In this document: positions 1 through 12,289 of the stretch, in pieces
Position numbering within the stretch: the stretch's first letter is position 1
How the letters are laid out: every line of letters begins with the position of its first letter
NCBI RefSeq assembly: GCF_963921235.1
Contig: NC_086097.1
Coordinates: forward strand, 114,702,001-114,766,000
From: Mobula hypostoma
Taxonomy: Eukaryota
Length of the DNA stretch: 64,000 nucleotides
Direction of reading: 5' to 3'
Notes under the pieces: model-generated
What the model saw: only the letters and a program-made list of their open reading frames with translations
What the model was told of the DNA's origin: nothing
Databases searched by the model: none
Position numbers and translations under genes: made by a program

Positions 1-1165
1 GAAGCTGTGAGATATCATCGGCAACCCCTGCGTCGGGCGGCAAGGACTCGGCTCAGTTCACTTCCAGAAGTGGGGAAGTGCAAGCATAAGGAACAGGGGA
101 GACATGGTACAGGCAGAAGTACGGATCCGTGAGGAAGAGAAGCGGATTTCAAAGGCAGTGGAACGAGGACCCCAGGGTGCCTGGACAAAATGGGATCTGC
201 CCAAGCGCAAGACCTCATGAGCAGAGTTATGGAGACTGGAGCCCTTCCGTATTTCCTTCCTCTTGCGATCCGTGTATGACACCCTTCCTTCGCCATTACA
301 TCTGTATACATGGGGGATGAGAGAGGACCCGATCTGTAAGCTCTGTGGTCAAAAGGGGACACTGGCTCATATACTGTCCGGGTGTAAAACAGCTCTAACT
401 TAAGGGCGGTATAGGTGGCACCATGATAAGGTGCTTCTGGCTCTTGCTGACACACGAGAGCGGGAGAGATGCAAGAAGAGGACGGCTGGCACAGATTTGA
501 GGAAGGCCATCACCTTCATCAAAGAGGGAGCTAGGCCTTTCGTAATCAAACAACCAAAGCCCAATCTGCTGCTAATGGCCAGGTCCTGGGAGATGAGAGT
601 TGATGTGGGAAGGAGGTTGCAGTTCCCGGATGTGCTGCACATAACCCTACACCCGGACATTGTACTGTGGTCAACCGAAGACAAGAAAATAATTCTGGTC
701 GAGTTGACTATGCCGTGGGAGGAGGGATGGGAAGAGGCCCACGAGGGAAAGGCCTGGAAGTACCAGCCCTTAGTGCAGGAGTGTAAAGACAAGGGATGGC
801 AGGCATGGTTGTTCCCTGTGGAGGTCGGCTGCAGAGGTTTCCCAGCCAAATCAGCATGGTGGTTGTTGTCAGATCTGGGCCTGGACGAAAGGAGCGAAAA
901 ACAAGCAGCTCATAGGATGGGGGAAGAGGCAGAATGAGCTTCTTGTTGGACTTGGAGTAGGCGAGGGGAGGAAAGCTGGAAGCCAGGAGCAGACGGGCAG
1001 TGATTTGGCCACCACTGCCGGCCCACCAAATGAAGAGTGTCACGGTTAAGGGTCGAAACACTCTGTGAAGGTTGGGAATCACCTGATGACATCTGCTCCT
1101 GGCTGAAGGCTACGGTTACCTTATAAGGTATCTGGAGAATGCACCCTAACAGGTGTATGTAACAA
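1..1165 (+). mobile_element. HERO-like (RLE-type, R2/NeSL group) non-LTR retrotransposon, 3' part, decayed
   Basis: Frame 2 reads QGAWTKW...SFLLRSVYDTLPSP, CCHC knuckle CKLCGQKGTLAHILSGC (335-385), RYRWHHDKVL, and RLE motifs HPDIVLWS/IILVELTMPWE/KYQPL/PVEVGCRGF. In-frame stops at 8, 218, 401 and 935. Confidence 0.88.
1034..1094 (+). ncRNA. Candidate pseudoknotted hammerhead-like RNA in HERO 3' UTR
   Basis: GAGTGT-C (1035-1041) pairs with (GAA)ACACTC (1055-1063); AATCAC-CTGATGA (1077-1089). The same layout occurs in the second HERO copy. Confidence 0.4.
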
Positions 1166-1395
1166 GCAAACTATTCTGACCTTTGGATTTCTCTGTTCTG
1201 GAGAGCATTAGATGCTCCATTGCTAGATTAATGGAAATTGGAAGCCTTATTTGATATTAGGAGAATCAGGGGATATTTTGCTGGAAAGTGACACTGTGGT
1301 AAAAAAAACCTGTAATGGTCTTATACAGTACTTGGTTCCTCCTGCTTCTATTTCCTATGTTACGATGAATCCGATGTCTCACTAAAATTGTTTCA

Positions 1396-2005
1396 GAAAA
1401 CATAGAAAACATACAGCACAGTACAGGCCCTTTGGCCCACAAAGCTGTGCTGAACACGTCCCTACCTTAGAACTACCTAGGCTTTGCCCATAGCCTCTAT
1501 TTTTCTAAGCTCCTTGTAGCCATCCAGGAGTCTCTTAAAAGACCCTATCGGTTCCGCCTCCACCACCGCCGCCGGCAGCCCATTCCACGCACTCACCACT
1601 CTCTGCATAAAAAATTTACCCTTGATATCTCCTCTGTACCTACTTCCAAGCACCTTAAAACTATGCCCTCTCATGCTAACCATTTCAGTCCTGGGGAAAA
1701 GCCTCTGACTATCCACATGATCAATGCCTCTCATTATCTTGTACACCTCTATCAGGTCACCTCTCATCCTCCGTCACTCCAAGGAGAAAAGGCTGAGTTC
1801 ACTCAACCTATTCTCATAAGGCATGCTCCCCAATCCAGGCAACATCCTTGTAAATCTCCTCTGCACCCTTTCGATTGTTTCCATGTCCTTCCTATAGTGA
1901 GGCAACCAGAAATGAGCTCAGTACTCCAAGTGGGTTCTGACCAGGCTCCTATGTAGCTGCAAAATTACCTCTCGGCTCTTAAACTCAATCCCACAATTGA
2001 TTAAA
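1396..2005 (-). mobile_element. CR1 LINE 3' fragment
   Basis: ORF MRGDLIEVYKIMRG...FFMQRVVSAWNGLP; (TTCTATGT)n-type tail at about 1396-1412. Confidence 0.9.
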
Positions 2006-2034
2006 GTTGCTTTATGATCATTATTTCATAGAAT

Positions 2035-2256
2035 TGTTGTGACTGTGAACAAAGTCACTGGAGAGACACTGAAGCTGGTGGATATAGAAGTCTTTATTCA
2101 GTAAAACAAGCAGGCATCATACTGGACACTCTCTTAGAAGAAGAGGCCTGCTAAACTCAAAGTATGTCACATTTTTATGCCCTTAAGATCAATGGTAACT
2201 CAACACGGTTTCAGTGGCTACAATGTCATTATTTGCTTCAATACTTTGGGTTGACA
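2035..2256 (-). mobile_element. Possible LTR fragment
   Basis: TGT...ACA-like ends and AATAAA on the minus strand (about 2093-2098); no TSD confirmed. Confidence 0.25.
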
Positions 2257-2262
2257 ATGCTT

Positions 2263-2782
2263 CATAGAAGGAGTACAAAGAAGGTTCACCAGATTGATTC
2301 CTGGGATGGGAGGACTTTCATATGATGAAAGACTGGATCGACTAGGCTTATCCTTGTTGGAATTTAGAAGATTGAGGGGGGATCTTATTGAAACGTATAA
2401 AATCCTAAAGGGATTGGACAGGCTAGATGCAGGAAGATTGTTCCCGATGTTGGGGAAGTCCAGAATGAGGGGTCACAGTTTGAGGATAAAGGGGAAGCCT
2501 TTTAGGACCGAGATTAGGAAAAACTTCTTCACGCAGAGAGTGGTGAATCTGTGGAATTCTCTGCCACAGGAAACAGTTGAGGCCAGTTCATTGGCTATAT
2601 TTAAGAGGGAGTTAGATATGGCCGTTGTGGCTAAAGGGATCAGGGGGTATGGAGAGAAGGCAGGTACAGGGTTCTGAGTTGGATGATCAGCCATGATCAT
2701 ACTGAATGCGGTGCAGACTCGAAGGGCTGAATGGCCTACACTTGCACCTATTTTCTATGTTTCTATGTCTCTATGTTTCTAT
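2263..2782 (+). mobile_element. CR1 LINE 3' fragment (same family as 39227-42312)
   Basis: ORF 2294-2677 is nearly identical to the C-terminus of the 831-aa ORF; (TTCTATGT)n tail at about 2753-2782. Confidence 0.92.
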
Positions 2783-3899
2783 TTAAGTTACATATAATTT
2801 TCAAACACCAACACTCCAGACACCCTAGACTGAATGTTAATCACCATTGCCTCTCTGGTTATATGCAGACATCGGGTGAATGGGTGTTTCCTGGTTTGCA
2901 ATCAACACCAGTCTGCAGTTCTAGGAAGATCATTGTTCTGAGCTGCATTTTAAATTCAAACTACAGTCCACATTCAGATCTGAAGACTGGTTGCTATTGA
3001 AATTATTATTTGCTATCTACCATAAGTCTAGAATACACCCAACAAAATCATAAGAATATTAGGATTTGGAAGGAGGCCATTTAGCATTTTAGAATTTGGG
3101 CATTTTAAAACAAAACTCCCTTCAGTTCTATCTTCTGCATTTTTTCTGTGGCCCTATAAATTACTTTTTTTCTCCTGTCTATCCAACTTCCTTTTGAAGG
3201 CCCTAATTAACACTGTTTCCAGCACTTATAGGAAATGAATTCCAGAGCAAACCAATGTGTATTTATTGTAAAACTGTCTTCTCACATTCCCTTTAGTCTA
3301 AAAATTTAAATCTTTGCCATTGGTCCTTGAATCATCCACTAATGAGAACACCTTCCTTCTGCCAAGAGCATTGAACCCATTCAGGATCTGTACATCCTTT
3401 TGAAATCCTCTCTTAACCTTCCTCGCCTCAAGGAGAACTTCTCCAGTCTAATCTCAGAACTGAAATTTCTCACTTATTTCAGGAAAATCATTTGTTTATT
3501 TCCTCTGGTCCTTCATATCCTGAAGTATGAAGGTCACAATTGGTTGAAGTACGTCAATTGTGGCTGAATCACTGAATTTTACAAGTCGTTTGGTTTTGTA
3601 CTCTATCTGTTCTTTACAATCATGGCCAGGATTCCAACTGCAGCTGTTCTTGACATATAATGGTGTTTTTTTGTCAGCTGCACAGCAGTCAAACTTATTT
3701 ATCATACAAGACAATCACCTAAAAGGTGAGTTTCACCTTCTTTCACTTGGATGAACATGACATCGAGGGAAAATGGTAAAAGCCACTGTGTCAAAACCAT
3801 AATCATCTACTGGCAATCATTTGTACCCTACTGACTTCGATTGACATAGTCACATGAATTTCCTCAAATACGTTCCACTGGGAATACCAACTGCGTGAC

Positions 3900-4150
3900 T
3901 TTCACTGGGGGGAGGTACTGGAGATTGAAGACACACACACAACACTTTGGGAACAGCTTCTTCTCTTTCTCTGAACAGACCATGAACCTATGAATACTAC
4001 CTCATTTTTGCTCTCTCTATTTGTTTTTTGAAATATATTTCTTATTGTAATTGATAATTATTTCTTATGTATTGCACTGTACTGCTACTATAAAACAACA
4101 AATTTCACAATATATTGTATACCAGTGATAATAAAACTGCTTCTGATTTA
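3900..4150 (+). mobile_element. Rex1/Babar-type LINE 3' end
   Basis: GGGAACAGCTTCTTC (NSFF motif) and 3' UTR TGCACTGTACTGCT...AACAAATTTCAC...CTGATT, shared with 13090-13545 and 42319-42650. Confidence 0.65.
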
Positions 4151-4469
4151 ACATATGGAGTTCAAGAAAACAATTTGTTCAATCCAAAATCAGGCTCCAT
4201 CTAATTTCTCTGCCAGTTTTTCTTAGATGGTGATTCTTTAGTACAAAAGCACATGCACACACTTTTCTAATCATCCTGGATTAAAAGATCTTGTTACAAA
4301 TTATTATAGATTTGATTTTGGAAAATTTCATGTATTTATTGTGGACAAGTGAATGCAGACTCTGGCCACATGGTGGCAGTGTGGAGCAAAGCTTGCAGTA
4401 AAAGGAAAGCAATTTTAATAAGCAAATGCCTCTACGTTCTAAAATCTGAAGGGAGCCGGACTGTGCACA

Positions 4470-5062
4470 GCACTACACACGACCTTCTACAGATGCGCAG
4501 TTGAGAGCATCCTAACTAGCTGCATCACTGTTTGGTACGGAAGCTGCACTGCGGCGGACAAGAGGGCTCTACAATGGGTAGATAAAACAGCCCAATGCAT
4601 CACTGGCATCAGCCCACCTGTTGTATATTTAACGCTTCAATAACATTTGAATTAGGTTCACATTTTGAAGTTACAAAACATAACACTACCCACTATCAAG
4701 GACATATATGCAGAAAGGACCCAGAGGAAAGGCCAGCACTATCATGAAGGATCCCACCCACCCTGCCCACGGACTGTTTGTCCCACTCTCATCAAAGAAG
4801 AGGTTTTTCAGCACCACTAGATTAAAAAGTAGTGGCTTCCTCTCAGGTATCAAGCTGATCAATACCCCCAGCCATTAACCCACCCCACCACCACAGCCCC
4901 TCAGAGCCCTTCATTCCCTCAGGCACTGCCACTTTAAAGTCACTTGTACATTGTGATTCATAGAATTGCTTTTATACTTACTGTGTTTTTTTATGCTGCA
5001 TCGGATCTCGGAAAACAATGATCTTATCTGTGTACTGAATAATGACAATAAACAATCTTGAA
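4470..5062 (+). mobile_element. Rex1/Babar LINE 3' fragment
   Basis: FYRCAVESILTSCITVWYGSCTAAD at about 4485-4560; tail AATGACAATAAACAATCTTGAA. Confidence 0.8.
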
Positions 5063-5309
5063 AACCTTTTACTTGCAAGAAAAATACATTATTATGTATT
5101 AAATTATATCTTAAAATTTTGATCACTGTCTTTGCTGCTGATACCTATCTATTTCCACCAACGAAGGTCTCTTCCCTGCCTTTCCTCGACTGGTCAACCA
5201 TGACAATTCAAATCCCCCTACTGGTCAGACACTGTCCTCTATCACGACCCTGACTTTGATTCTGCTGCTCCTTGACATGTTCTAATCCCATTGCAAAACC
5301 AATGTCAGT

Positions 5310-5800
5310 TTGCAACACACAATCTGCTTGAGGAAATCAGAGGGATGATCAGCATATGCAGGGTGGGGAAGGAATTGTTGACAATTTGGGTCGAAACCCC
5401 GCATCAGGACTACGAATGGAGAGGGGAGAAAGCCAGTGTAAAGAAAAGGGGATGGTGGTGAGGCAGGGGCCAGGGATCATTGGTGGCATGACGGGGGAGT
5501 AAGGGGGTGAAGTGGGGGCCAGGAAGAGTGTAGAAGCATGATGGGAAGATCAGACCAAGTAGAGGAGGTGGAACAGTGCTGGGAGACATAACAGATGGAG
5601 GCAGATATACAAAGGGAGAAAGATGGAGCCAGGAGAATGTTGGGGGCGAAGTGAAGACTAAAGCTCTAGTGTGAACACAAAGATCATTGGTACTGGAATC
5701 CGATAAGTAAGGAAGATGATGATAGAAACTATTCGAGGGTGGGAGAGGATTAGAAAGGAGAGAGCCAGTGGGTGAAATATATGCATAATGGATGGATGGA
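5310..5800 (-). mobile_element. Penelope-derived non-autonomous fragment with degenerate hammerhead
   Basis: Minus strand AGTCCTGATGCGGGGTTTCGACCCAAATTGTC at about 5377-5411, preceded by a CT-rich tract as in 38090-38518. Confidence 0.6.
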
Positions 5801-5819
5801 TGGAACTGGAGGGGGAGGG

Positions 5820-7878
5820 GCAGAGAAGAGCTGGCCAAAGATGACTGGAAGGGAACATTAGCAGAGATTACATCAAAACAGCAATGGCTGGAGTTTATCA
5901 TGGCAATTCAGAAGGCATAGGGTAGATACATCCCAAAGATGAAGAAATATTCTAAAGGAAAGGTGAAGCAACCGTGGCTGACAAGGGAAGTCAAAGACAG
6001 CATAAAAGGAAAAGAGAGGGCATGCGATATAGCAAAAAATATTGGGAAGTTAGAGGATTGGTAGCTTTTAAAAATCAACAGAAGGTAACTAAAAAAGGCT
6101 ATAAGGAGAGAAAAGATGAAACATGAAGGTAATATTGCCAATAATATAAACATGATACCAAAAAATTTTAAAGATATTTAAAGAGTAAATGAGAAGAGAG
6201 ATAGGATATTGGATTGTTGGAGATGTGGTAATGCCGTACAAAGAAATGGCAGACATATTTAATATGCATTTTGCGTCGATCTTCACTGTAGCAGTATGCC
6301 AAAAATTCAAGAGGGTCGGGGGATCAAAATAGTTGTAGTTGCCCTTCATAAGGAGAAGGTGATTGAGAAGCTGAAAGGTCAGAAGATGGTTAAGTCATCT
6401 GGATGAGATGGGCTACAGCCCAGGATTCTGAAACAGGTAGGTGGAGAGATTGTGCAGGCATTTTTCACAAAACTCTAGATTCTGGAATGCTTCCAGAGGA
6501 CTGGAAATTTGCAGTCTTCAAGAAACGTGGAAGGCAGAAGAAAGGATTTTATAGGCCAGTTAACTGGACGTCAGTGATTGGGAGGATGTTGCAGTCTATT
6601 ACTAAGGATGATATTTCAGGGTACTTAGAAGCACATAATAAAATAGGCCAATGTCAGCATGGTTTCCTTAAGTGGAAATCTGGCCTGACAAATCTGTTGG
6701 AATTATTTGAAGAAATAATAGGCAGAGTAGACAAAAGCGAATCAGTGGATGTTGCTTATTTGGATTTTCAGAAGGCCTTTAACAAGGTTCCGCACATGAG
6801 GCTGCTTAACAAGATAAAAGCTCATGGTACGACAAGAAAGACTCTAGCATGGATAGAAGGTTGGCTGACTGGCAGGTGGCAAAGAGTGAGAATAAAGGGG
6901 CCTTTTCTCTGGTTGGTTGTTGGCGACTAGTGGTGGTCAGTAGGGGTCGGTAATGGGTCCACTGCTTTTCATGTTATATGTCAATGATGTAGATGACAGA
7001 ATTGATGATATCATGGCCAAGTTTGTAGACCAAATGCAGATAGGTGGAGGGGCAGGTAATATTAAGGAAGCAGGGAATCTGTAGAAAGACTTAGATAGGC
7101 AAAGAAGTGGCAGATGGAATATAGTGTCAGGAAGTGTATGGTCATGCACTTTGGTAGAAGGAGTAAAGGCATAGACTATTTTTTAAATGGGGTGAAAATT
7201 CAAAAATCAGAGGTGCAAAGGAACTTTGGAGTTTTTGTGCAGGCTTCTCTAAAGTTTAACTTGCAGGTTGAGTTGGTAGTAAGGAAGGCAAATGTAATGT
7301 TAGCATTCATTTTGAAAGGACTAGAATAGAAGAGCATGGAACCTTTACAAGGCATTAGTGAGACTGCACTTGGAGTGTTGTGAGAAGGGTTGGGCCCCTT
7401 TTCTAAGAAAGGATGTGCTGGCATTGGAGATGGTCCAGAACAAGTTCATGAGAATGATAACAAGAATGAGAGGGTTGACATACAAGGAGCGTTTGGTGGC
7501 TCTAAACCTGTACCCAGTGGAGCTTAGTAGAACGATGGGGTGAGTCCCACTGAAACCTATTGAATATTGAAAAGCCTATATAGAGTAGGTGTTTCCAGTA
7601 ATGGATGAGTCGAGGACCAGAGGGCACACCCTCACAGTACAGGGATGTCCACTCAGAACAGAGATGAAGAGGAATTTCTTTAGCCAGAGGATGCTGAATA
7701 TGTGGAATTCATTGCCACGGGTGACTGTGAAGGCCAAGTCATTGGGTATATTTAAAGCAAAGGTTGATAGGTTCTTGATTAGGCAAGTCATCAAAGGTTA
7801 CAGGGAGAAGGCAGAAGAATAGGGTTGAGAGGGATAAAAAAAAGATCAGCCATGATGGAATGGTGGAGCAGACTCGAT
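5820..7878 (+). mobile_element. CR1 LINE ORF2, decayed, 5'-truncated
   Basis: YRPVNWTSVIG, QHGFLK, YLDFQKAFNKVPH, HFGRR and FFSQRMLNMWNSLP across broken ORFs. Confidence 0.9.
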
Positions 7879-7889
7879 AATACATTTAC

Positions 7890-8430
7890 TTTGACTTTCC
7901 TATCATCCATGCGCTTACCTACGAGTTCTCAAGTGCCCCTAATTTATCTGCCTCTATTATCATCCCTGGCAGGGCATTCCACGCACCCTCCAATTACTGT
8001 GCTAAAAACTTACCTCTGCCATCTCCCCTATACCTTCCTCCAACCACCTTGAAATGATGCCCTCTGGTGTTAGACTTTTAAGCCCTGGGAAAAATAGTTT
8101 CGGACAATCCACCCAATTTGTGCCCTTATCATCTTGTAGGCCTTCATCAAGTTCCCGCTCATCCTTCTTCACTCCAAAGAGAAATGCCCCAGCTCATTCT
8201 GCTTATCCGCACAACACACATCCTCTAATCCAGGTGCTGTTCTGGTAAATTTCTTCTGCATCCTCTCTAAAGCTTCTGCCTCTTTGCTATAATGAGGGTG
8301 ACCAGAACTGAACACGATATTCCAAGCATGGTCTAACCAGGGTTTTATAGAGCTGCAAAATTACCACATGGTTGTTGAACTCAGCCCCCTGGCTAATGAA
8401 GACCAACATTTTCTTAATAACCCTATCACC
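7890..8430 (-). mobile_element. CR1 3' fragment, decayed
   Basis: Similar to 1396-2005 (ACCAGAACTGAACAC...TCCAAG...GGTCTAACCAG). Confidence 0.7.
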
Positions 8431-8639
8431 ATTTGCTTGGTTAAGGGGAAAATTGTTTTCATTTCCAATGGTGTGTTTCTTTTGTCAAATTATTCGAAGA
8501 ACTCCAAAAGCAAATTAACTCTTGATTCAATAAGTGTGTGTACTAAAGACAAATGTTTTTTAGCTCAGATGGCATTTGTGGAAAGAAAAACAGTCAACTT
8601 TTCTGGTTGATGAAATTTCATCATAACATCAGATATTCT

Positions 8640-9260
8640 GGATTGGGTGTTGTGTAATGAACCAGAATTGATTTGAGAGCTTAAGGTAAAAGAACCCTTT
8701 GGGGAAAGTGATCATAATATGATCAAATTCACCCTGAAATTTGAGAAGGAGATGCTAACATCATATGTATCAGTATTACAGTGGAGTAAAGGAAATTACA
8801 GAGGCATGAGAGAGGAGCTGGCCAGAATTGATCAGAAAAGAACACCTGCAGGGATGATGGCAGAGCAGCAATGACTGGAATTTCAGGAAGCAATTCAGAA
8901 GGCACAGGATATATACATCTCAACAAGGAAGAAGTATTCTAAGGGTAAGATGACACAATCATGGCTAACAAGGGAAGTCAAAGCCACCAGAAAAGCCAAA
9001 GAGAGGCCATATACTGTAGTAGAACAAAAATTAGTGGGAAGTTAGGGGATTGGGAAGCTTTTAAATACCAGCAGGAGGCAACTAAAATGTCATTAAGAAG
9101 GTAAAGGTGGAACACACAAGTAAGCTAGTCAATAATATTAAAGAGGATACTGCAAGTTTCTTTAGATACATGAAGTGTAAAAGGGAGGCAAGAATGGACC
9201 ACTGGAAAGTGATATTGGAGAGGTGGTAATGGGGGAGGAGAAAATGGTGGATGAGCTGGC
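8640..9260 (+). mobile_element. CR1 ORF2 internal fragment (endonuclease end and linker)
   Basis: LDWVLCNEPELI...GESDHNMIKF; similar to 5820-6300. Confidence 0.75.
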
Positions 9261-9429
9261 AGATCTGCTGCTGGACTTGCCTTCCTACGGTTTTCTATTA
9301 GAATTTCCCTTCATTGTAGCATCTCCCATTTGACATTCATGTAGGCTTGTTCTGACTATTGTTCCTCAGCACATTCCAAACCCTTCCTTCAGAGTTTTCT
9401 TATCCATTGATGAGTGCTGACTTAGACCT

Positions 9430-9990
9430 AAATCATGGACCACGTATAGTAGGCACCTGAAAACCATGGAACAATGTCTTTAGAGATCCTTACAAAATAC
9501 TTTGAGGTTCAGCTGGAAGGACGGACACACTAACACCAAAATACTTGAAGAGGTGAACATGAACACCATCTCCACCATGGCAAAGTAACATCAACTCTGG
9601 TGGAGAGGTCATGTCATCCAGGTGCCTCACTCGCATCTCCCCAAAAAGATTCTTTATTCCCAGTTGAAGGAAGGTCAGCGAGCCACTCGTGAGTAAAGAA
9701 AAGGTGTTAAAGACAACATCAATATCAGCCTGAAGAAAAGATGTTGCCCTTCATAGATACACCTGGAGGAAATCTGCTCGAGAGGGAGCTGTGCTACCCG
9801 AGAACGAGCTCCATAGTGTCACAGAGAGCACGTGGCAGCCGCAAAAGGAGATACTGAGAAACCACAAGCCATAAGCATCACAGTGTACCAGGATATCGGC
9901 TCCCAGGTCCGCCTCTACAGGCACCTGACAACTCCTAAAGAGAAGTTCATAGTCGATTTGAGTGATCACAATACTAGTACTACTCACTTA
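9430..9990 (+). mobile_element. RTE LINE 3' fragment, decayed
   Basis: WTTYSRHLKTMEQ, WKDGHTN, LWWRGHVIQVPHSHLPKKILYSQL. Confidence 0.7.
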
Positions 9991-10019
9991 TAACCCACAT
10001 AGCATTTTGCCTAAATTTG

Positions 10020-10350
10020 TTGAAATGATTTGAGTCAGACAGTATGGGAACAGGTCATTGGGTCCATTGAGTCCATGTTGATCATCCAGCACCCATTTAC
10101 ACTAATCTTACATTAATTCCACTTTGCTCTATCCACATTCTACCACTCACTTGCACACCAAGGATAACTTACCAACTGACCCATCACCCATATGTTTTCG
10201 GATGAGGATAGGAACCAGGGCATCTGAGAAAACCTTTGCAGGAAAACACAGTTATAAACTCCACACAGGTAGGCCTGGAGATCAGAACTGAACTTGGCTG
10301 TGGGAGTTATGAAGCATCAGCACCACTGACCATACCCTTTGTGCTGCTAC
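10020..10350 (-). mobile_element. SINE remnant (V-SINE-like)
   Basis: AAACTCCACACAG...GATCAGAACTGAAC resembles the reverse complement of a tRNA/V-domain head; decayed. Confidence 0.45.
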
Positions 10351-10428
10351 AAATCTAATGATGGCAAGGAAAAGGGCTAGGAATTATTTTCTGTAGCTCA
10401 CAATTCCCTTATCCCGAGGCCATGTAGT

Positions 10429-10897
10429 AATAATAATAATAATAATAGCAATGGCTCGCCTGTCTGAGTAGACAATGGATGCGACTCAGTTGGGTGTGGA
10501 ACAGCGTTGGTTGTGGCTGAATCAGCCGACTCTTGAGCGGCAGTCCTTAGCACAGCTGCTGCACATGAAGGCTGATGGCTGCGGCTGGGTCGTCACTACC
10601 ACAGCTTTCCTTCCCTCTCTCTTCTGTCCGACCACAGTCGAGTTCGTTTTCCCTCTGCATTGGTAATGCCTGTACGTACAGCCGGTCGCCAGTTGCAGCG
10701 ATTTGCAGCTGCCTCTTCCCAAGTGTCCACCCTGATATCAGCAGACTTCAGGTCACATTTACTGTAACGCAGCAGTGGGCGCCTTATGGGCCGGGATCCT
10801 GCAGCGAGTTCTCCGTATAGGATGCCCTTGGGGATGTGGTCATCCTGCACGCGGCGGACATTGCTGAGCCAGTGCAGTCGTCGATGAGTGAGAAGGA
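10429..10897 (-). mobile_element. RTE LINE 3' fragment with (TTA)n tail and degenerate TSD
   Basis: RLHWLSNVRRVQDDHIPKGILYGELAAGSRPIRRP; C-terminal CSSCAKDCRSRVG; TSD ATCCCGAGGCCATGTAGT (10411-10428) / TTCCTGAGGCCGTGTGGT (10898-10915). Confidence 0.88.
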
Positions 10898-12289
10898 TTC
10901 CTGAGGCCGTGTGGTGTTACAAAATAACATCATGCTCTTAAGATTTGATTATTTATTGCCCTAAAAGAGAACGTAAGGAAAACTTAATTAACTCCAAATT
11001 TTCTTTTAGTTCTTGTCTGAAACAATCAATTTGATTGGCTGGACATTAATTTTGATCTGATCTATGCTTATCCCAGCTGAAATTGTGCAGTTTCCTTTAG
11101 GGATGACAGAAGCATTGAACATAATTATCTTCACCTTTTCAGAACTGAAATCCCATGCAGTTAATTCAACCAGGCCAGTATTCATATTGGACATCCCTTC
11201 ACTTTCCTGAGATTTCTTTTCATTCTGCAGTCTTTTATGCAACAGTGTGTCCCATTGAAGATTATGCTGAAAAGCTCGCCAAAGCTTCAGGGAGTCTTAT
11301 CCAAAAGGTCAGTCTGCAAAATGTTGCAACAATGCATCATCTTCACAGTCAGAGAACCAATTTAGAAATTTCAACTGTTTTTAAATTGAGCTACAGCTTT
11401 AAATGTTGCAGTGTGACAATATACAGCCTTAACCTCCAGTTAGAAATACATTATGATGTGGATTAAACAGGAGGCAATAATAATTTAGGACATCATATTT
11501 GACGTTTACGTATAATGACTTTTTACATGCTTGATGGATGGCATACCTCCTCTGATCACTGTTTGTAGTATTTTCATAAAAATGCTTTTTCAAATAATAA
11601 CAGGGGAAATGTTTCACCTTTGGAAAGTTCGGCTTGTTGTGCAACGTTGTCTTAAATTAAGAAGATGAGTCATGTGAAATATCTTACTTTATAATTCAAA
11701 AACCTAAGGGGCAAGCGTCCTGACCTCCCGCTAGGTGTAAACAGGACACCAGCACCCCTAGAAGGATGCATAATCACCTGCCGCACGTTGCTGGATGTGT
11801 GACATTGTCGGTGTTTCCCTAGAGATCACTGGTCAGCAGCGTCAGCTCGCTGAGTCAGATGATACACCAGTTTCAAACGCTAATCAAGCTCTCCTGACCT
11901 ATATAAGACTGCAGATGCCACCACTGGTGGCGTTGAGCAGAGTCTGGATAATATCATCTAACAACACGGGACAAGCTTTGTTTATTTGATTTTGTAGACA
12001 CAGCAGTTTGTCCTCAGACTTGAAGTAACTGTCCTGGGACCAGAGGCTGTGTGAGATAGCAGTTGTTTTGGCAAGTCCTCTCTGGGACTGCTTGTCCTCC
12101 ATATTGATAAGAACAGTATGTGAAGAATAATGCAATAACATAGCGCGAATGACATTTTGCGAGCTGCAAACAAAACTACTCACTATTAAATATACTTTTT
12201 CTAGAGTATGATCACTGCAATCCACAGCCTGTCATTTCACTTTGGAAGCTGTGCTTTTGAATCAGCTGAACAATCTGGCATTTTTGCGG

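Noticed and set aside
11899..12225. 108-aa minus-strand ORF in unique DNA
   Set aside because: Non-ATG start, no recognisable motif and no convincing splice donor.
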